A stretch of DNA of 33,620 nt from Octopus bimaculoides (taxonomy: Eukaryota), in contig NC_068986.1 of the NCBI RefSeq assembly GCF_001194135.2, positions 57,014,539 through 57,048,158 of the forward strand, read 5' to 3'. Positions 9,821-23,903 of this stretch are shown here, piece after piece. The notes under the pieces are model-generated. The model was not told the DNA's origin, searched no databases, and saw only the letters and a program-made list of their open reading frames with translations. Each line of letters opens with the position of its first letter. The stretch's first letter is position 1. Both the position numbers and the translations under genes were made by a program.

Positions 9821-11933
9821 TGTATGTGAGTGTATGTCACTGAAGCCATTCGTACATATATACTTATTTATAAATAAATAAACTGAATGAAAAATTTCAG
9901 TTATCTCTCTCTCTTTCTTTCTTTCTCTCTCTCATATACACATACACCATCAACATTACTCTATCTGTCGCGCACATCCCATCAAACATACACACTCACA
10001 CACGCATAGACATACGCACGCACATCAAATCTCCCCTCTCACCACAACTTCAAAAGAAGTTCAGTCATAAAATTGCCCATGTCTCTTCATTCTACGCCCA
10101 CTTCAAAAGATCACCTTTCCTTTTCATTTGTCCGGCCATGGATCCAGAGATAAAACACAAACCAACTCCTGCTAAATGCAAAAATCCCGACAAAAATACA
10201 CACACAAACACGCACAAATGGACATTTCATGTCTTTCAGTTTCTCTATGATTATACAGGCGTCGAAAACAATAGCTCCTACATACATTTTAATCTTCAGC
10301 AGGTATGTATCAATTTCTATAACATAAATTGTTTTTGTATAAGCGTATAACAATTACTTATTCCATACTTCACTTAACTGTTCTCTTCACTTTTCTTAAA
10401 TTGGATACGTCTGCTATTAATTCTTACATACATTGTCCCCGTTAATTCTTCTGTTAAAGCAATCCATAACGTTAACTTCTTAACATAATACGCAGAATTA
10501 TCGTATTAATACAGTAGGGTGTTTTGAGGGAGATTTGGCTGCTATTTCTATCAGGTCTACCTACCATGTAGGTGAAACCGGGTTTAGCTGCTAGTTATAA
10601 ATATATATATATATATATATATATCACGACGTTCTGAGGACTGGATGTTTTTTCTTTCTCTCTCTTCTATTTTTTCTCTTTCCAAAGAAAATATTTCTCC
10701 TAGGGTTCACAATTTTCCTCTCGTTCTGGTCTAACAACCCTCCATGTCTGTTTTTGTACGTCATGTTGTTTACACAGTTGGTGACGTCCTGTACCCATAT
10801 ATGCATTTGTATGTATGTATATATATACATATATANNNNNNNNNNNNNNNNNNNNNNNNNNNNNNNNNNNNNNNNNNNNNNNNNNNNNNNNNNNNNNNNN
10901 NNNNNNNNNNNNNNNNNNNNNNNNNNNNNNNNNNNNNNNNNNNNNNNNNNNNNNNNNNNNNNNNNNNNNNNNNNNNNNNNNNNNNNNNNNNNNNNNNNNN
11001 NNNNNNNNNNNNNNNNNNNNNNNNNNNNNNNNNNNNNNNNNNNNNNNNNNNNNNNNNNNNNNNNNNNNNNNNNNNNNNNNNNNNNNNNNNNNNNNNNNNN
11101 NNNNNNNNNNNNNNNNNNNNNNNNNNNNNNNNNNNNNNNNNNNNNNNNNNNNNNNNNNNNNNNNNNNNNNNNNNNNNNNNNNNNNNNNNNNNNNNNNNNN
11201 NNNNNNNNNNNNNNNNNNNNNNNNNNNNNNNNNNNNNNNNNNNNNNNNNNNNNNNNNNNNNNNNNNNNNNNNNNNNNNNNNNNNNNNNNNNNNNNNNNNN
11301 NNNNNNNNNNNNNNNNNNNNNNNNNNNNNNNNNNNNNNNNNNNNNNNNNNNNNNNNNNNNNNNNNNNNNNNNNNNNNNNNNNNNNNNNNNNNNNNNNNNN
11401 NNNNNNNNNNNNNNNNNNNNNNNNNNNNNNNNNNNNNNNNNNNNNNNNNNNNNNNNNNNNNNNNNNNNNNNNTATATATATATATATATATGTATTACAC
11501 GCTTCTTACAATATTAAGAGTCCGTAACTCTTATTTCATGCAATGTAGGTGCTTCAGCACCCTCAGTCACAATTAGTGACGATGAAACTTTTCATATATG
11601 GATATATATTACGAGCACAAACGAACGAAAATAATTATATTCATTTCCTAAAAGTCAGTGCGATCTAGTTTAATTGCAGCATTAGTGATGAAGTTTTATT
11701 CTGAATGGCGTTTACATATATTAATAAGTATATATATGTGCATATTTATGCCTAACACACACACACATACACACACACACACACACACACGCACACACAC
11801 ACATACGCAAGCGCGCACTCATTGCGCAAATTCCGCAAATTCTTACGCACGGACATCATAATGTGTATGGTCACCTGGACGCGATTACAGATCTCTGATA
11901 AGTGTGATCAAACCCCGAACGACTTAAAATCAT

Positions 11934-12008
<75 letters not shown>

Positions 12009-12050
12009 ATACTACTACTGCTACTACTACTACTACTACTACTACTACTA
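11934..12050. repeat. (ACT)n/(GCT)n trinucleotide microsatellite
   Basis: Directly visible; explains the poly-T/poly-A ORF 11822-12190. Confidence 0.95.
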
Positions 12051-12273
12051 GCATTAGCGAGCAAAAATGGTTAGATAATCTCCATTACTTCTCAACCTTC
12101 TGTCTTCAGAAGAAAAATATCGCACAAGTGGAGGAACACAAAGAATACGCCAAGAACACACTGACATGCTCGATAAGTCCTGACCTTTAGCTAAACAAGA
12201 ACAACATGAAGAACAAAATCATGAACAAAAATTCCTCTTTCTCCCCTCTACTTCCTCCTCCTTCTCCCCCTCT

Positions 12274-12310
12274 CACCACCACCACCACCACCATCACCAC
12301 CACCACCACC

Positions 12311-12379
<69 letters not shown>
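12274..12379. repeat. (CAC)n/(ACT)n trinucleotide microsatellite abutting a gap
   Basis: Directly visible. Confidence 0.95.
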
Positions 12380-12952
12380 NNNNNNNNNNNNNNNNNNNNN
12401 NNNNNNNNNNNNNNNNNNNNNNNNNNNNNNNNNNNNNNNNNNNNNNNNNNNNNNNNNNNNNNNNNNNNNNNNNNNNNNNNNNNNNNNNNNNNNNNNNNNN
12501 NNNNNNNNNNNNNNNNNNNNNNNNNNNNNNNNNNNNNNNNNNNNNNNNNNNNNNNNNNNNNNNNNNNNNNNNNNNNNNNNNNNNNNNNNNNNNNNNNNNN
12601 NNNNNNNNNNNNNNNNNNNNNNNNNNNNNNNNNNNNNNNNNNNNNNNNNNNNNNNNNNNNNNNNNNNNNNNNNNNNNNNNNNNNNNNNNNNNNNNNNNNN
12701 NNNNNNNNNNNNNNNNNNNNNNNNNNNNNNNNNNNNNNNNNNNNNNNNNNNNNNNNNNNNNNNNNNNNNNNNNNNNNNNNNNNNNNNNNNNNNNNNNNNN
12801 NNNNNNNNNNNNNNNNNNNNNNNNNNNNNNNNNNNNNNNNNNNNNNNNNNNNNNNNNNNNNNNNNNNNNNNNNNNNNNNNNNNNNNNNNNNNNNNNNNNN
12901 NNNNNNNNNNNNNNNNNNNNNNNNNNNNNNNNNNNNNNNNNNNNNNNNNNNN

Positions 12953-12995
<43 letters not shown>

Positions 12996-13515
12996 AGATG
13001 AAAATGAGCATTGTTATGACGTGAGTCGTTAAACATTTTAAATTTTAGTAGATAGTAGTCGTAACATATTGTCATACGAATTCATAAGTTCAAAACATAC
13101 ACAAATGTGTGTCTATGTGTTAGTTTGTGCGTTGAACTGTGTGTGCGTGTTTATATGAAAAAAAATGTGGTTGTAAGTTAAGAGGAGAAAGACTATTCGA
13201 TATCGGAGATAGAGTTTTACGTTTATTGTAGCCGATATTTCAAATAAACATTTGGTAACCGTAAAATTAAGCGCCTCCGATTGTCACACGCAACTTGTAG
13301 ACACTAGAAAATGCTCATGGGGAGTTAATTTCATTTCAAATATTGGTTATTTGCTATATTGTCTACGTTTTCTTCGCACGAACTTCGACCTGATCACAAT
13401 TTAGTGTCCGCTGCATCTAATCTGCGTTCGTTGCTTGAATGTGAGCTCAAATTGAGAGTATTTGATCTCTGATCGATCTCGAGATATCTATAAAAGTAAT
13501 CAAGACGATATCGAT

Positions 13516-13670
13516 GGGTGCAGGCGTGGTTGTGTGGTAAGAAGTTTGCCTCTCAACCACATGATTTCAATTGCACGGCAATTTCGCCAAGTGTACTCTA
13601 CTAAAGCCACGGGCCGACCAAATCCTTGTGAGTGGATTTAGTAGATGAAAACTGAAAGAAGCTCATCGTA
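13516..13670 (+). mobile_element. Diverged SINE, same family as 7525-7927 (5' part)
   Basis: Aligns by eye with 7525-7690: gtggttgtgtggtaagaag, caaccacatg, gggccgaccaaatccttgtgagtggattt, actgaaagaagc. Confidence 0.85.
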
Positions 13671-16600
13671 TATGCATACATACATGCATACATACACACA
13701 CACACAGATCGNNNNNNNNNNNNNNNNNNNNNNNNNNNNNNNNNNNNNNNNNNNNNNNNNNNNNNNNNNNNNNNNNNNNNNNNNNNNNNNNNNNNNNNNN
13801 NNNNNNNNNNNNNNNNNNNNNNNNNNNNNNNNNNNNNNNNNNNNNNNNNNNNNNNNNNNNNNNNNNNNNNNNNNNNNNNNNNNNNNNNNNNNNNNNNNNN
13901 NNNNNNNNNNNNNNNNNNNNNNNNNNNNNNNNNNNNNNNNNNNNNNNNNNNNNNNNNNNNNNNNNNNNNNNNNNNNNNNNNNNNNNNNNNNNNNNNNNNN
14001 NNNNNNNNNNNNNNNNNNNNNNNNNNNNNNNNNNNNNNNNNNNNNNNNNNNNNNNNNNNNNNNNNNNNNNNNNNNNNNNNNNNNNNNNNNNNNNNNNNNN
14101 NNNNNNNNNNNNNNNNNNNNNNNNNNNNNNNNNNNNNNNNNNNNNNNNNNNNNNNNNNNNNNNNNNNNNNNNNNNNNNNNNNNNNNNNNNNNNNNNNNNN
14201 NNNNNNNNNNNNNNNNNNNNNNNNNNNNNNNNNNNNNNNNNNNNNNNNNNNNNNNNNNNNNNNNNNNNNNNNNNNNNNNNNNNNNNNNNNNNNNNNNNNN
14301 NNNNNNNNNNNNNNNNNNNNNNNNNNNNNNNNNNNNNNNNNNNNNNNNNNNNNNNNNNNNNNNNNNNNNNNNNNNNNNNNNNNNNNNNNNNNNNNNNNNN
14401 NNNNNNNNNNNNNNNNNNNNNNTATATATACACATGTGTCTGCGCGCGCGTGTATGTGTACATATATGTGTATATGTATGTATATGCATGTATATATACA
14501 CTCACACACACAGACATATTTTAAATAATTGATAGGGAAGACAGAGTGTACTTTACGCTTCATTTAGCACGACAACCGATTCAACTTACATCTGCTCTGC
14601 TCCTTAGTGAATGGGAAACGATATAATGGAATCGAATGCACCCCACAGTGCAGAAGAAACCTCATCAGGTTACATAATACGTTACAGTGTTATAATATGT
14701 GCATTTCGCTACTCCTCTATCCTTCTTATTCCTTCCCCTCTTCCTTTCTCTCCTTTTTTCCTTTAGTCTTTCTTTTCCAAATCATCACTCTTCTTTTCCT
14801 TTCTTCTTTATCTCTCTTCCACTCACCTTAAACTTATACTTAATGCCTCTCTTCGCGCCCCTTCCCCTGCCTGTATTATTCTTTCTGTGTTCTGATTGCT
14901 TATAACCAGAAATGTCTCTGACGAAAGTAGCATTAATTCTTTAGGTTGTTCAATCTTTCTCAACCGATCAATCGACCGATTGAGTAAACCAATCAATAAC
15001 GATTCAGCTGTAAGTCAAATTTACTACAACAGAGTTATATATAATGACCATTATTTATGCTTTGTCTGATATATGTGTGTGTGTGCGCGCGTGCGTGTGT
15101 GTGTGTATACATTCGAGCGATTGAGTAGTTACTGCTAAGTGTAAGTCTAATATACACAGATACAAAAATACGCGCGCGCACACACATGCATACACACACA
15201 GACACACACGAACGTGTGCTGCTGCGTAACTTTGTGTGGGGAAATACAAACATACACAGAGAAGCGTTTATCACAACATTTACAAACTCGTTCTCAACGA
15301 TGTTGTATTTTGACCTAGTTTCAAACAAGTTAGAAAGTGGTTAACTATGCATGACTTTCAATTTATAGATAATGAACAATCAGGGCTTGCTGGAGAGATA
15401 AAACCGAAGTATTGATGGAAATAACACTTCACAAACACATATACACTCATGCATACCCGTACAAACACATGCATGCACACAAATATATACATACACACAT
15501 ACACGCATATAGATATACACATATAAACAGCATACCCACGCATATACGAAGCAAACAGGCACACACACAAAGACATATATAGACAAATCCACACATATCT
15601 AAGTAAAAGTACATACCAAATGAATGGAAATTTATTGATATTTGAAAGAACTCTACATTATTATGATAATTTGAATAACAATATTTTCTTACATGTTAAA
15701 CTATGTAAGTTAAACACTCGGACCATATATATATCGCATTAATAAATTTTGGAGACACCTCGTCAACACGACGTTTCAGTGACAAATCACCTCGTCAGTG
15801 GTTGCTGAGCTTAACCGTTGCGCACAAGCATGCCCTGGATGCTTGTACCATGCTTTCGTTAATTATTTTACATGCCTCTGCAGCCAGAGGTAAACGTTGT
15901 CTCGGTCCTCCCGAGAATAATATCCTGGCGAATATAAGAAATGGAACGCGTGTGTGCGTGCATTCGCTTGCGAGTATCTGATACAGAGAGTTACAGAAAG
16001 ATATAGAGTTAACATAAGAGATGTAGGATGAGTGCACTTAATGGCAGGCAGTGAGTAAAGGAACTTTTCACAATCAAGTAGTGAGAAAGAACTTTGAGAC
16101 TGAGGAGGAGAAGAAAATAAATGATAAAGTAATAAATCTTTTTCATAGGAAAATTAATACTCATTTCATCATTTTGAATAACCGCCAAGAAATTTGATGA
16201 ACTATAAGTCATAATTATAATACCTATGCCTTATTTCTTGATATTACTCATATACTTTCAAAGTTAACCGTCTTATGACTAATAACTGTTGGGTATATTC
16301 GGTTTCTTCGACTAAAACTATTCAAGGAGTTGTCCAATGACTGAAATAAGTTAAAGGTAAAATATAAAAGATATAAATTTATTTAGAAATTAGAATTGCA
16401 AATATAGGACACGACGCTCTCTTTTTTAAAGCTTTAGGCTTTAGATCAAAGATATTTTTTGTGCTATATGCAGCAGGTCGAATGCCTTCATAGCAGCCTC
16501 CCTCGTTTGTTTCGTTTTAATACTAATACTTGATTCAGAGTGAGAAAATACACTATGGAACTGTTGCCTGCTGGCTTGATAAGCTAGTAATAGCAATCAA

Positions 16601-17719
16601 ATCGCTTTTAAACCATGCTCTATTATCTTGAAACATAAAGGGTAATTTCAATATAGTAATACAGTATCTACTGAGTTGGAGGGGCGGGGAAGCCCTCAAT
16701 GTCGTTACTGTTGTAGTGCCTTTGAAATAGGTCTCCGCAAATAAGGTAAGCTTTAGGCTAATGAATAAAGTGGCAAATATGTAAATCATTGACACTTCGG
16801 ACAGTTCTAACGCAGTTTTAATACTACAATAAAAATGAATTCAGATCTGGCAACTCAAAAACATTCACAGAATATTATTAAAGTTCTCGACAAAACACAA
16901 ATGCACACGCACTCAGACATATACATATTTATAGAAGCACACATCACATCTCATTGCAAAAGCTATGTACTCGTGTATGTATGTGTGTGTGTATGCCCGT
17001 GTGTGTGTGTGTGTATGCCCGTGTGTGTGTGTGTGTCTTTGTGTGCCCGAGTATGTGTGTATGTGTGTGTGTATGTATTCCGCGAGTGAAGTATAACTTA
17101 ACTTGTGCATTCTTACTTATTTGCCGGTTTGCAAAATACAAAAATACATGTATAGCAAAATATAAGTACATGATTCTATCTGCATATATGTTTAATCGGC
17201 GTGTGTATATATATCTGTGTCAATAAACAGCTAACCTATAAGTGTGTACATGTTCAGGTAGGTGTATGTGAGTTTGCATATCAATCAATTTACTTTATCA
17301 AATTATACATCAACTGATAAGAATAGGAATATATACATTTCTAAATCACAGCAATAAATTTCCATGCATTTACATGCGATTCAATTGATGCATATATAAA
17401 TTCTCATAAAAGAACTAACATGCATAAATGCATAACAAGTGTTCACACATATCTATACTGACACGCGCGTGCATGCAGTTATGCAAATATAAATATCTAT
17501 GAATTATTTATTTACATATACCTACATACATAAACACACACGCATGCATATACATGTTTGTGTGTTTGTGTGTGTATGTGTGCGCGCGCGCATGTAGGGG
17601 TGTATACATTTGCCTACACATAGATTGCGCACAAATATATTTGCTTATGTCTTTCTGTTCAAACATCCATTCTTTTATGTGTGTGGGTGTATGCGTACAC
17701 ATACATACATAGATACATA

Positions 17720-17985
<266 letters not shown>

Positions 17986-18953
17986 TATAAAAATATATTC
18001 TTATACATATATAAACATACATGCACACGGGTCAGTCAATTTAACACACAAACGCACGCACAAGCACACGTGCGCTCAGAAACACGCACAAACACACAGA
18101 CACACATACAGGCACACACACACGCACGCGCTCACTGACATAGACTAACTAAGACACTTTTCTATATACCCTCACACATAATCAGAAGCTAAAGTATAGA
18201 CTCATTTCTACCCACAAAGACACACAAAAAGTAAATACGGAGACAGTGGATTTGGTCATCGCCTTCTTCCTCCTGCACACATAACCACACACAAACACAC
18301 ACACTCGTACACACACACGCTCACACACACACACACACATGCACACACACGCACACATACTCACATACATACATATATACAAACACAAATGCTCATACAC
18401 CAACACACTCACTCACACTCGCATGACAGCCATTTACACTGAATTAATACCACACAGAAACATGTAGGAACAAGTGAAATTTCAGCATGAACAATCACAC
18501 ACAAACATATACGCTTGCACACCTAGCCAGACACATTCACACACTTAGTATCACATAAAAAGTCATGCATATAACCACCCACATAGTAGCATATACACAC
18601 ACTCATGCACCTAACCACACGCAGTATCAAATCCAAAAAAGCACCAATAAAACATGCTCTCATGAAGAAAGAAAATACTTATGTAGAGAGGAATGGCGTA
18701 GTTTGGACATCAGAGTATAATTTGAATGAGCGATATTAATTGAGGGAAAAGCAACTCCTATTTCGCACTTGTCGAATGATCTCGTAGATGCTCCATCGTT
18801 TGTTCAGTATTCTATAAATATTATATTTGATCAACTGAACTATCAACACATTGAATTATTAGTTTAAGTAACTGAGAATACGACAGACAGACACTAGTAA
18901 CTTTCACGTAATCTTCAGGTGGCATCACCGTAATATTATGTGTATATATGCGT

Positions 18954-19076
18954 GCGTAGGCGTGGCTAGGTGGTAAGAAGCAGCCATGTGGTTGCTTCTC
19001 AACCACAATGCTCCAGATACCATAATCTCGGGTACCATGTGCGTTGATTTGGTAGACAGAAACTTAAAGGAACCCG

Positions 19077-19125
<49 letters not shown>

Positions 19126-19143
19126 TGCACACACACATGCATA

Positions 19144-19177
<34 letters not shown>

Positions 19178-19272
19178 CCTATCTATCCATCTATTTATCT
19201 ATAAGTGTGTGTATGTGTGTGTGCGTTTCTCCATCACCACCAGTGTTGGTGTGTTTCCGTTCTAGTAAGTTA
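18954..19272 (+). mobile_element. Old, internally deleted SINE of the 7525-7927 family
   Basis: gcgtaggcgtggctaggtggtaagaag, caaccaca, gatttggtagacagaaacttaaaggaacccgtcgta, microsatellite, gttggtgtgttt. Collinear with 7525-7790. Confidence 0.75.
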
Positions 19273-19358
19273 TTAACTAGTCCTATCAGGTGGTGCTATT
19301 AAGTTAGGAAATAACCTGGGACAATCTTTGATCGAGGCATATCTAAGTCACACGCGCC

Positions 19359-19389
<31 letters not shown>

Positions 19390-19613
19390 ACACACAAATA
19401 TACGTTCGTACGATACAAATAAGTTGATAAATTTTTCAAACGCAGAAACGCCATTAGCACAGTAGTAATATTGGGTAAATTACCCTTATAAAGCGGAAAA
19501 AATTCGTCAACAACCATTCTTTTGTCACTTTAATTTCTTATATATATATATATATATATATNNNNNNNNNNNNNNNNNNNNNNNNNNNNNNNNNNNNNNN
19601 NNNNNNNNNNNNN

Positions 19614-19645
<32 letters not shown>

Positions 19646-19932
19646 AGAGAGAGAGAGACATACATATATATAACGATACCATCACACCACACCACACTAC
19701 ACCATGCCACACAACACATCACATCACAACACACCACCACGCACTCACCAGCACTGTCCAATTCCCATCCCCACAATTTCACACCTACGCAAACGCATAT
19801 GCACACGTCAAGATAACCACCACTCTCTTACACACGCGCACCTTCGTTTTGGGATCACTTCCACTTTGTTATCTCCCCTTCTTTTTAGCTCCCCTGTGTG
19901 ACCCCTCTGTCCAGCATTCGCCATGATATATC

Positions 19933-20021
19933 GCTAACCACTATACACATTTTTTTCTGCAGATGTGAACGTCTCTTCCGAAACCAGGAAAATATTTGAA
20001 GACATTTGCAACGAAAACTAG
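19933..20021 (+). other. Candidate 3' splice site and short terminal exon of an unidentified gene
   Basis: GCTAAC branch point (19933-19938), pyrimidine tract and CAG (AG at 19961-19962). Only one frame stays open to 20021: (D)VNVSSETRKIFEDICNEN*. No homology recognised. Confidence 0.3.
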
Positions 20022-22083
20022 TTTCTCTACTCCGGTTATAAATCCACATTTTTTCCAATAATTATTGATCTTGGCTATGTTAGTAAATTATTATATGAGG
20101 ATTAGGATTTCCAGGGAAAGAAAACGACTAGCTTTAGTAATCCACTGATATTGACCCAATCCCCTACAGTAAAATATTGTGAAACTTTTCCAAAGTTCAA
20201 CACTTACGTCCATGGTAGTTGTTATCCAAATTCTCGGGATGATAGAAGCCACACCCTTCTTTGTAGGAAGAATTCAAATAATTAAGAAAAAGAACATACA
20301 TACAGAGCGAAAGACTGACAGAAGCATACATACACACATATAGATATACAATGTAATATGTATATGCATGTAGAAAATGCGAGCGTGCACACACACACAC
20401 ACACACACACGTAATCACATAAACACGCCAACATATACACATGCAATTATACACACGCATGTATGATGCACTATCCGGTTTGAGCCCGTGACCGAGAGTA
20501 TCATCTTTGTTACAAGTGTCCCGTTGTGTCGATCTGCATATTGCATTATAGGTACATGTGTCTGGGGAATATTCAGTCACACACAAACCAATTTAACTTG
20601 CAGAAATTTCAAGCGATTGAACGACTAAATAGTCAAAACTGATCGTCAAAACCGACGAAGAAGCCATTCTATCTGAGATAATAAAATATATCTACAACTG
20701 CAGGGGTTTTGACCTAGTATCTGCTCCATCGGATCGGACCTCCAGCGGTTTCCTTACTATTTGTAGCAAGTTCAGCAACGGCGCTCTCAATGAGTTAGAA
20801 TGTGGTCATGGTGTACCTATGGTTGTAGTACCTTTTACATATATACAAAATGCGCAGGGCTTTTATTATTATTATTGCAAGAGAGGACATATTGGAAATA
20901 CCTCTACTCGTCTTGACACGAATGCTTATATGCGCGCGGCATAAAACGCTCTTTTATTTCACACGATTAATTTAGTGAGATAGTAAGTGAGCGACAGTAT
21001 TAACAAATCATTGTATATATACAAACGTGTATACAGATGTGTCCGTGTATGAATGTGTGTATATGCTTTTATATATATGTATATGTATATGTATATATAN
21101 NNNNNNNNNNNNNNNNNNNNNNNNNNNNNNNNNNNNNNNNNNNNNNNNNNNNNNNNNNNNNNNNNNNNNNNNNNNNNNNNNNNNNNNNNNNNNNNNNNNN
21201 NNNNNNNNNNNNNNNNNNNNNNNNNNNNNNNNNNNNNNNNNNNNNNNNNNNNNNNNNNNNNNNNNNNNNNNNNNNNNNNNNNNNNNNNNNNNNNNNNNNN
21301 NNNNNNNNNNNNNNNNNNNNNNNNNNNNNNNNNNNNNNNNNNNNNNNNNNNNNNNNNNNNNNNNNNNNNNNNNNNNNNNNNNNNNNNNNNNNNNNNNNNN
21401 NNNNNNNNNNNNNNNNNNNNNNNNNNNNNNNNNNNNNNNNNNNNNNNNNNNNNNNNNNNNNNNNNNNNNNNNNNNNNNNNNNNNNNNNNNNNNNNNNNNN
21501 NNNNNNNNNNNNNNNNNNNNNNNNNNNNNNNNNNNNNNNNNNNNNNNNNNNNNNNNNNNNNNNNNNNNNNNNNNNNNNNNNNNNNNNNNNNNNNNNNNNN
21601 NNNNNNNNNNNNNNNNNNNNNNNNNNNNNNNNNNNNNNNNNNNNNNNNNNNNNNNNNNNNNNNNNNNNNNNNNNNNNNNNNNNNNNNNNNNNNNNNNNNN
21701 NNNNNNNNNNNNNNNNNNNNNNNNNNNNNNNNNNNNNNNNNNNNNNNNNNNNNNNNNNNNNNNNNNNNNNNNNNNNNNNNNNNNNNNNNNNNNNNNNNNN
21801 NNNNNNNNNNNNNNNNNNNNNNNNNNNNNNNNNNNNNNNNNNNNNNNNNNNNNNNNNNNNAAACAGAATGTATAGTTTTGAAAAAAAAAGTGTGTGAGGG
21901 GTTAGATACATGTTTGGGCGTGATAATACTCTAGTTAAAGTAATTTAGCCTCTATTATTCTCCGTTGACGGTGGCATAATCAAAACATAAAAGTTCTATG
22001 TTATTTCCCACTGTATTAGAAGTGTCTGTCCATCTCGTTTGTCAAGTATTGCTTGTATAGTGATAGTGGTGGTAGTGTTATCA

Positions 22084-22119
<36 letters not shown>

Positions 22120-22309
22120 ATGTGCAGATTTCATTGTTTGATAATGTGTTATCGTGTGTCATTTTGTATATGATTTAAAGCTTTTACCTTTACGTGTATG
22201 CTTATGTGTGTATGCTTATATATATATATATGCTTATGTATTTATACATTTATTGTTTATAAGGGTGGTTTTTTTATGTATGCAAGTGATTGTGTACGTA
22301 TGAGAGCAT

Positions 22310-22378
22310 GGCCCTCAAATTCAGAAGTTCGTTCCGCCATCACAATGACTGCGGAGTAAACTTCTGATTTTCAGGGTT
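22310..22378 (+). ncRNA. Candidate pre-miRNA-like hairpin
   Basis: 28-bp unbulged stem (22310-22337 with 22351-22378): 21 Watson-Crick pairs, 4 G-U pairs, 3 mismatches, 13-nt loop. It matches no mature miRNA I recognise. Confidence 0.4.
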
Positions 22379-22803
22379 CGGAATAAAACAATTAGGTGCG
22401 GCTTTTTGGAGGCTGGTGATTTCATACGACTGACTGGATATGTAGCCTGGTCTGGCGATGGCTTTTCTTTTCTGTTTTTGGTGAGAGTACTGTTTGGCTC
22501 TGGCATCAAACACACAAGCGTGCATACTTAGAAATATACCCATATAAATACAACGATTTATATACAGAGAGGGAAAGAAAGAGGTAACGTTATATTGATT
22601 GAGCCTGATAGACACATACAGTTTCCCTCTTCTTATACACATAAACTGAAATATGGGACACAAATAGAATAAGCGGAGAGAGGGAGAGGGGGGGGGAGAG
22701 AAAAAGTAAGAAAAAAACTTTGAAATAACAATTAAAATTGGGTTACCTCCCATTAGATGCCACAAATGCTCAGGGAAAGGAGATTAATTTTTTTTTCTGC
22801 TGC

Positions 22804-22922
22804 AGGCACAAGACCTAAAATTTTAGGGGGAAGTGTCTAGTCATTTACATCGGCCTCAGTACTTAACTGGTACTTACTCTATCTTACCCGAAAGATGAAA
22901 GGCAAAGTCGACCTCGGTGGAA
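22804..22922 (-). mobile_element. Fragment of a second SINE family (3' part)
   Basis: Its reverse-complement end (cttccccctaaaattttaggtcttgtgcct) matches ~24023-24052. The body (gaggtcgactttgcctttcatc...agtaccagtt..gtactgagg) resembles a common octopus SINE, from recall. Confidence 0.7.
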
Positions 22923-23227
22923 AGATTATTTATATAAAAAAATAAAATATTACTATGCTACATGCATATATGTGTACAGGACAGAAAAAAAAACATAGCC
23001 AAAATTAGAAACGAGAACATAAAATACAAAAACATAGAAAACGAACTTTTTTCGAACAACAGAAGAAACAAACAGAGAAACGAGACATGCAACATAAAGA
23101 ACATTCCCTTCATCAGTTGTCCTCTGTTTTATTTACTCCGCGTTTCGAAGGTATATATATTTCTGCCAGAAATTTGGAAATGGTATGTTGTACTGCTTTG
23201 CATTCGCACCGGAAGCTCCAGTACGAA

Positions 23228-23900
23228 CAGATGGTGAACACACAGAACAATCGATGACTTGCCGTGTCCCCAAAGCGTGTACCGAGAGTGATAAAAATCA
23301 AACATCCGGTCAACATCATGGTGTTTGGAGTGATCACAAGTGATGTCGACGTCATGTCACCATTCATCTTCCGAAACGGCCTCACACTCAACACCGAGGC
23401 CTAAACCAAGTGCCTGGAGGAGGTAGTGCTACCCTGGGTCAAGAGGATGGCTTCTGGAAGACCCTATGTCTAGTAATAGGATTTTTCACCATGCCACACA
23501 AGCAGGATAACTCAGTCGTAGCTGTCAGACTATTTCTGCGACCACATCACCCTTACCATCTGGCCACCTAAACTCCCCAGACTGCAACCACCTTGGTTAC
23601 TATGTGTGGGGCGCAGTTTAGCGAGACAACAACAAAAACTCCTTGTAATATCAAAAATGAACTGGAGGCAAGGATTATGGCAGCATTCATCAACTTAAAC
23701 AAGGAGACCGTCCAGAAGAGTTGCAGGAGATTCTGGCACCGTCAAGAGGCCGTGGTTGAAGCCGATGGCGATTTTATTGAATAAATTTACTCATTAGTAT
23801 TACAAGATATTTTTATGTAATTTTCGTAAACATGTCTGTTAAAACGAGACGTTAATGTTATATTCATTTTTGCGTAATTTAGATGACAATATATTCACCG
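23228..23900 (+). mobile_element. Tc1/mariner DD37D (maT-like) transposon, 3' fragment
   Basis: NTQNNR*LA..HPVNIMVFGVITS..PFIF..L..VVLPW..RPYV***D(23480-23482)FSPCHTS..WPPNSPDCNHLG(23595-23597)YYVWG..EAVVEADGDFIE* (stop 23782-23784). There are 37 residues between the second Asp and the (mutated) third Asp after one frameshift correction. Confidence 0.9.
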
Positions 23901-23903
23901 GAT

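Noticed and set aside
10744-14563. Long ORFs of 250-320 aa in the ORF track (also at 21027-21934, 26889-27982 and 32645-33098)
   Set aside because: They consist of N-gaps and microsatellite translations (YI, VC, ER, poly-T repeats).
23471-23479. Three consecutive stop codons (TAG TAA TAG) in the maT fragment
   Set aside because: Each is one transition from the expected WQQ codons (TGG CAA CAG); neutral decay, not a designed signal.
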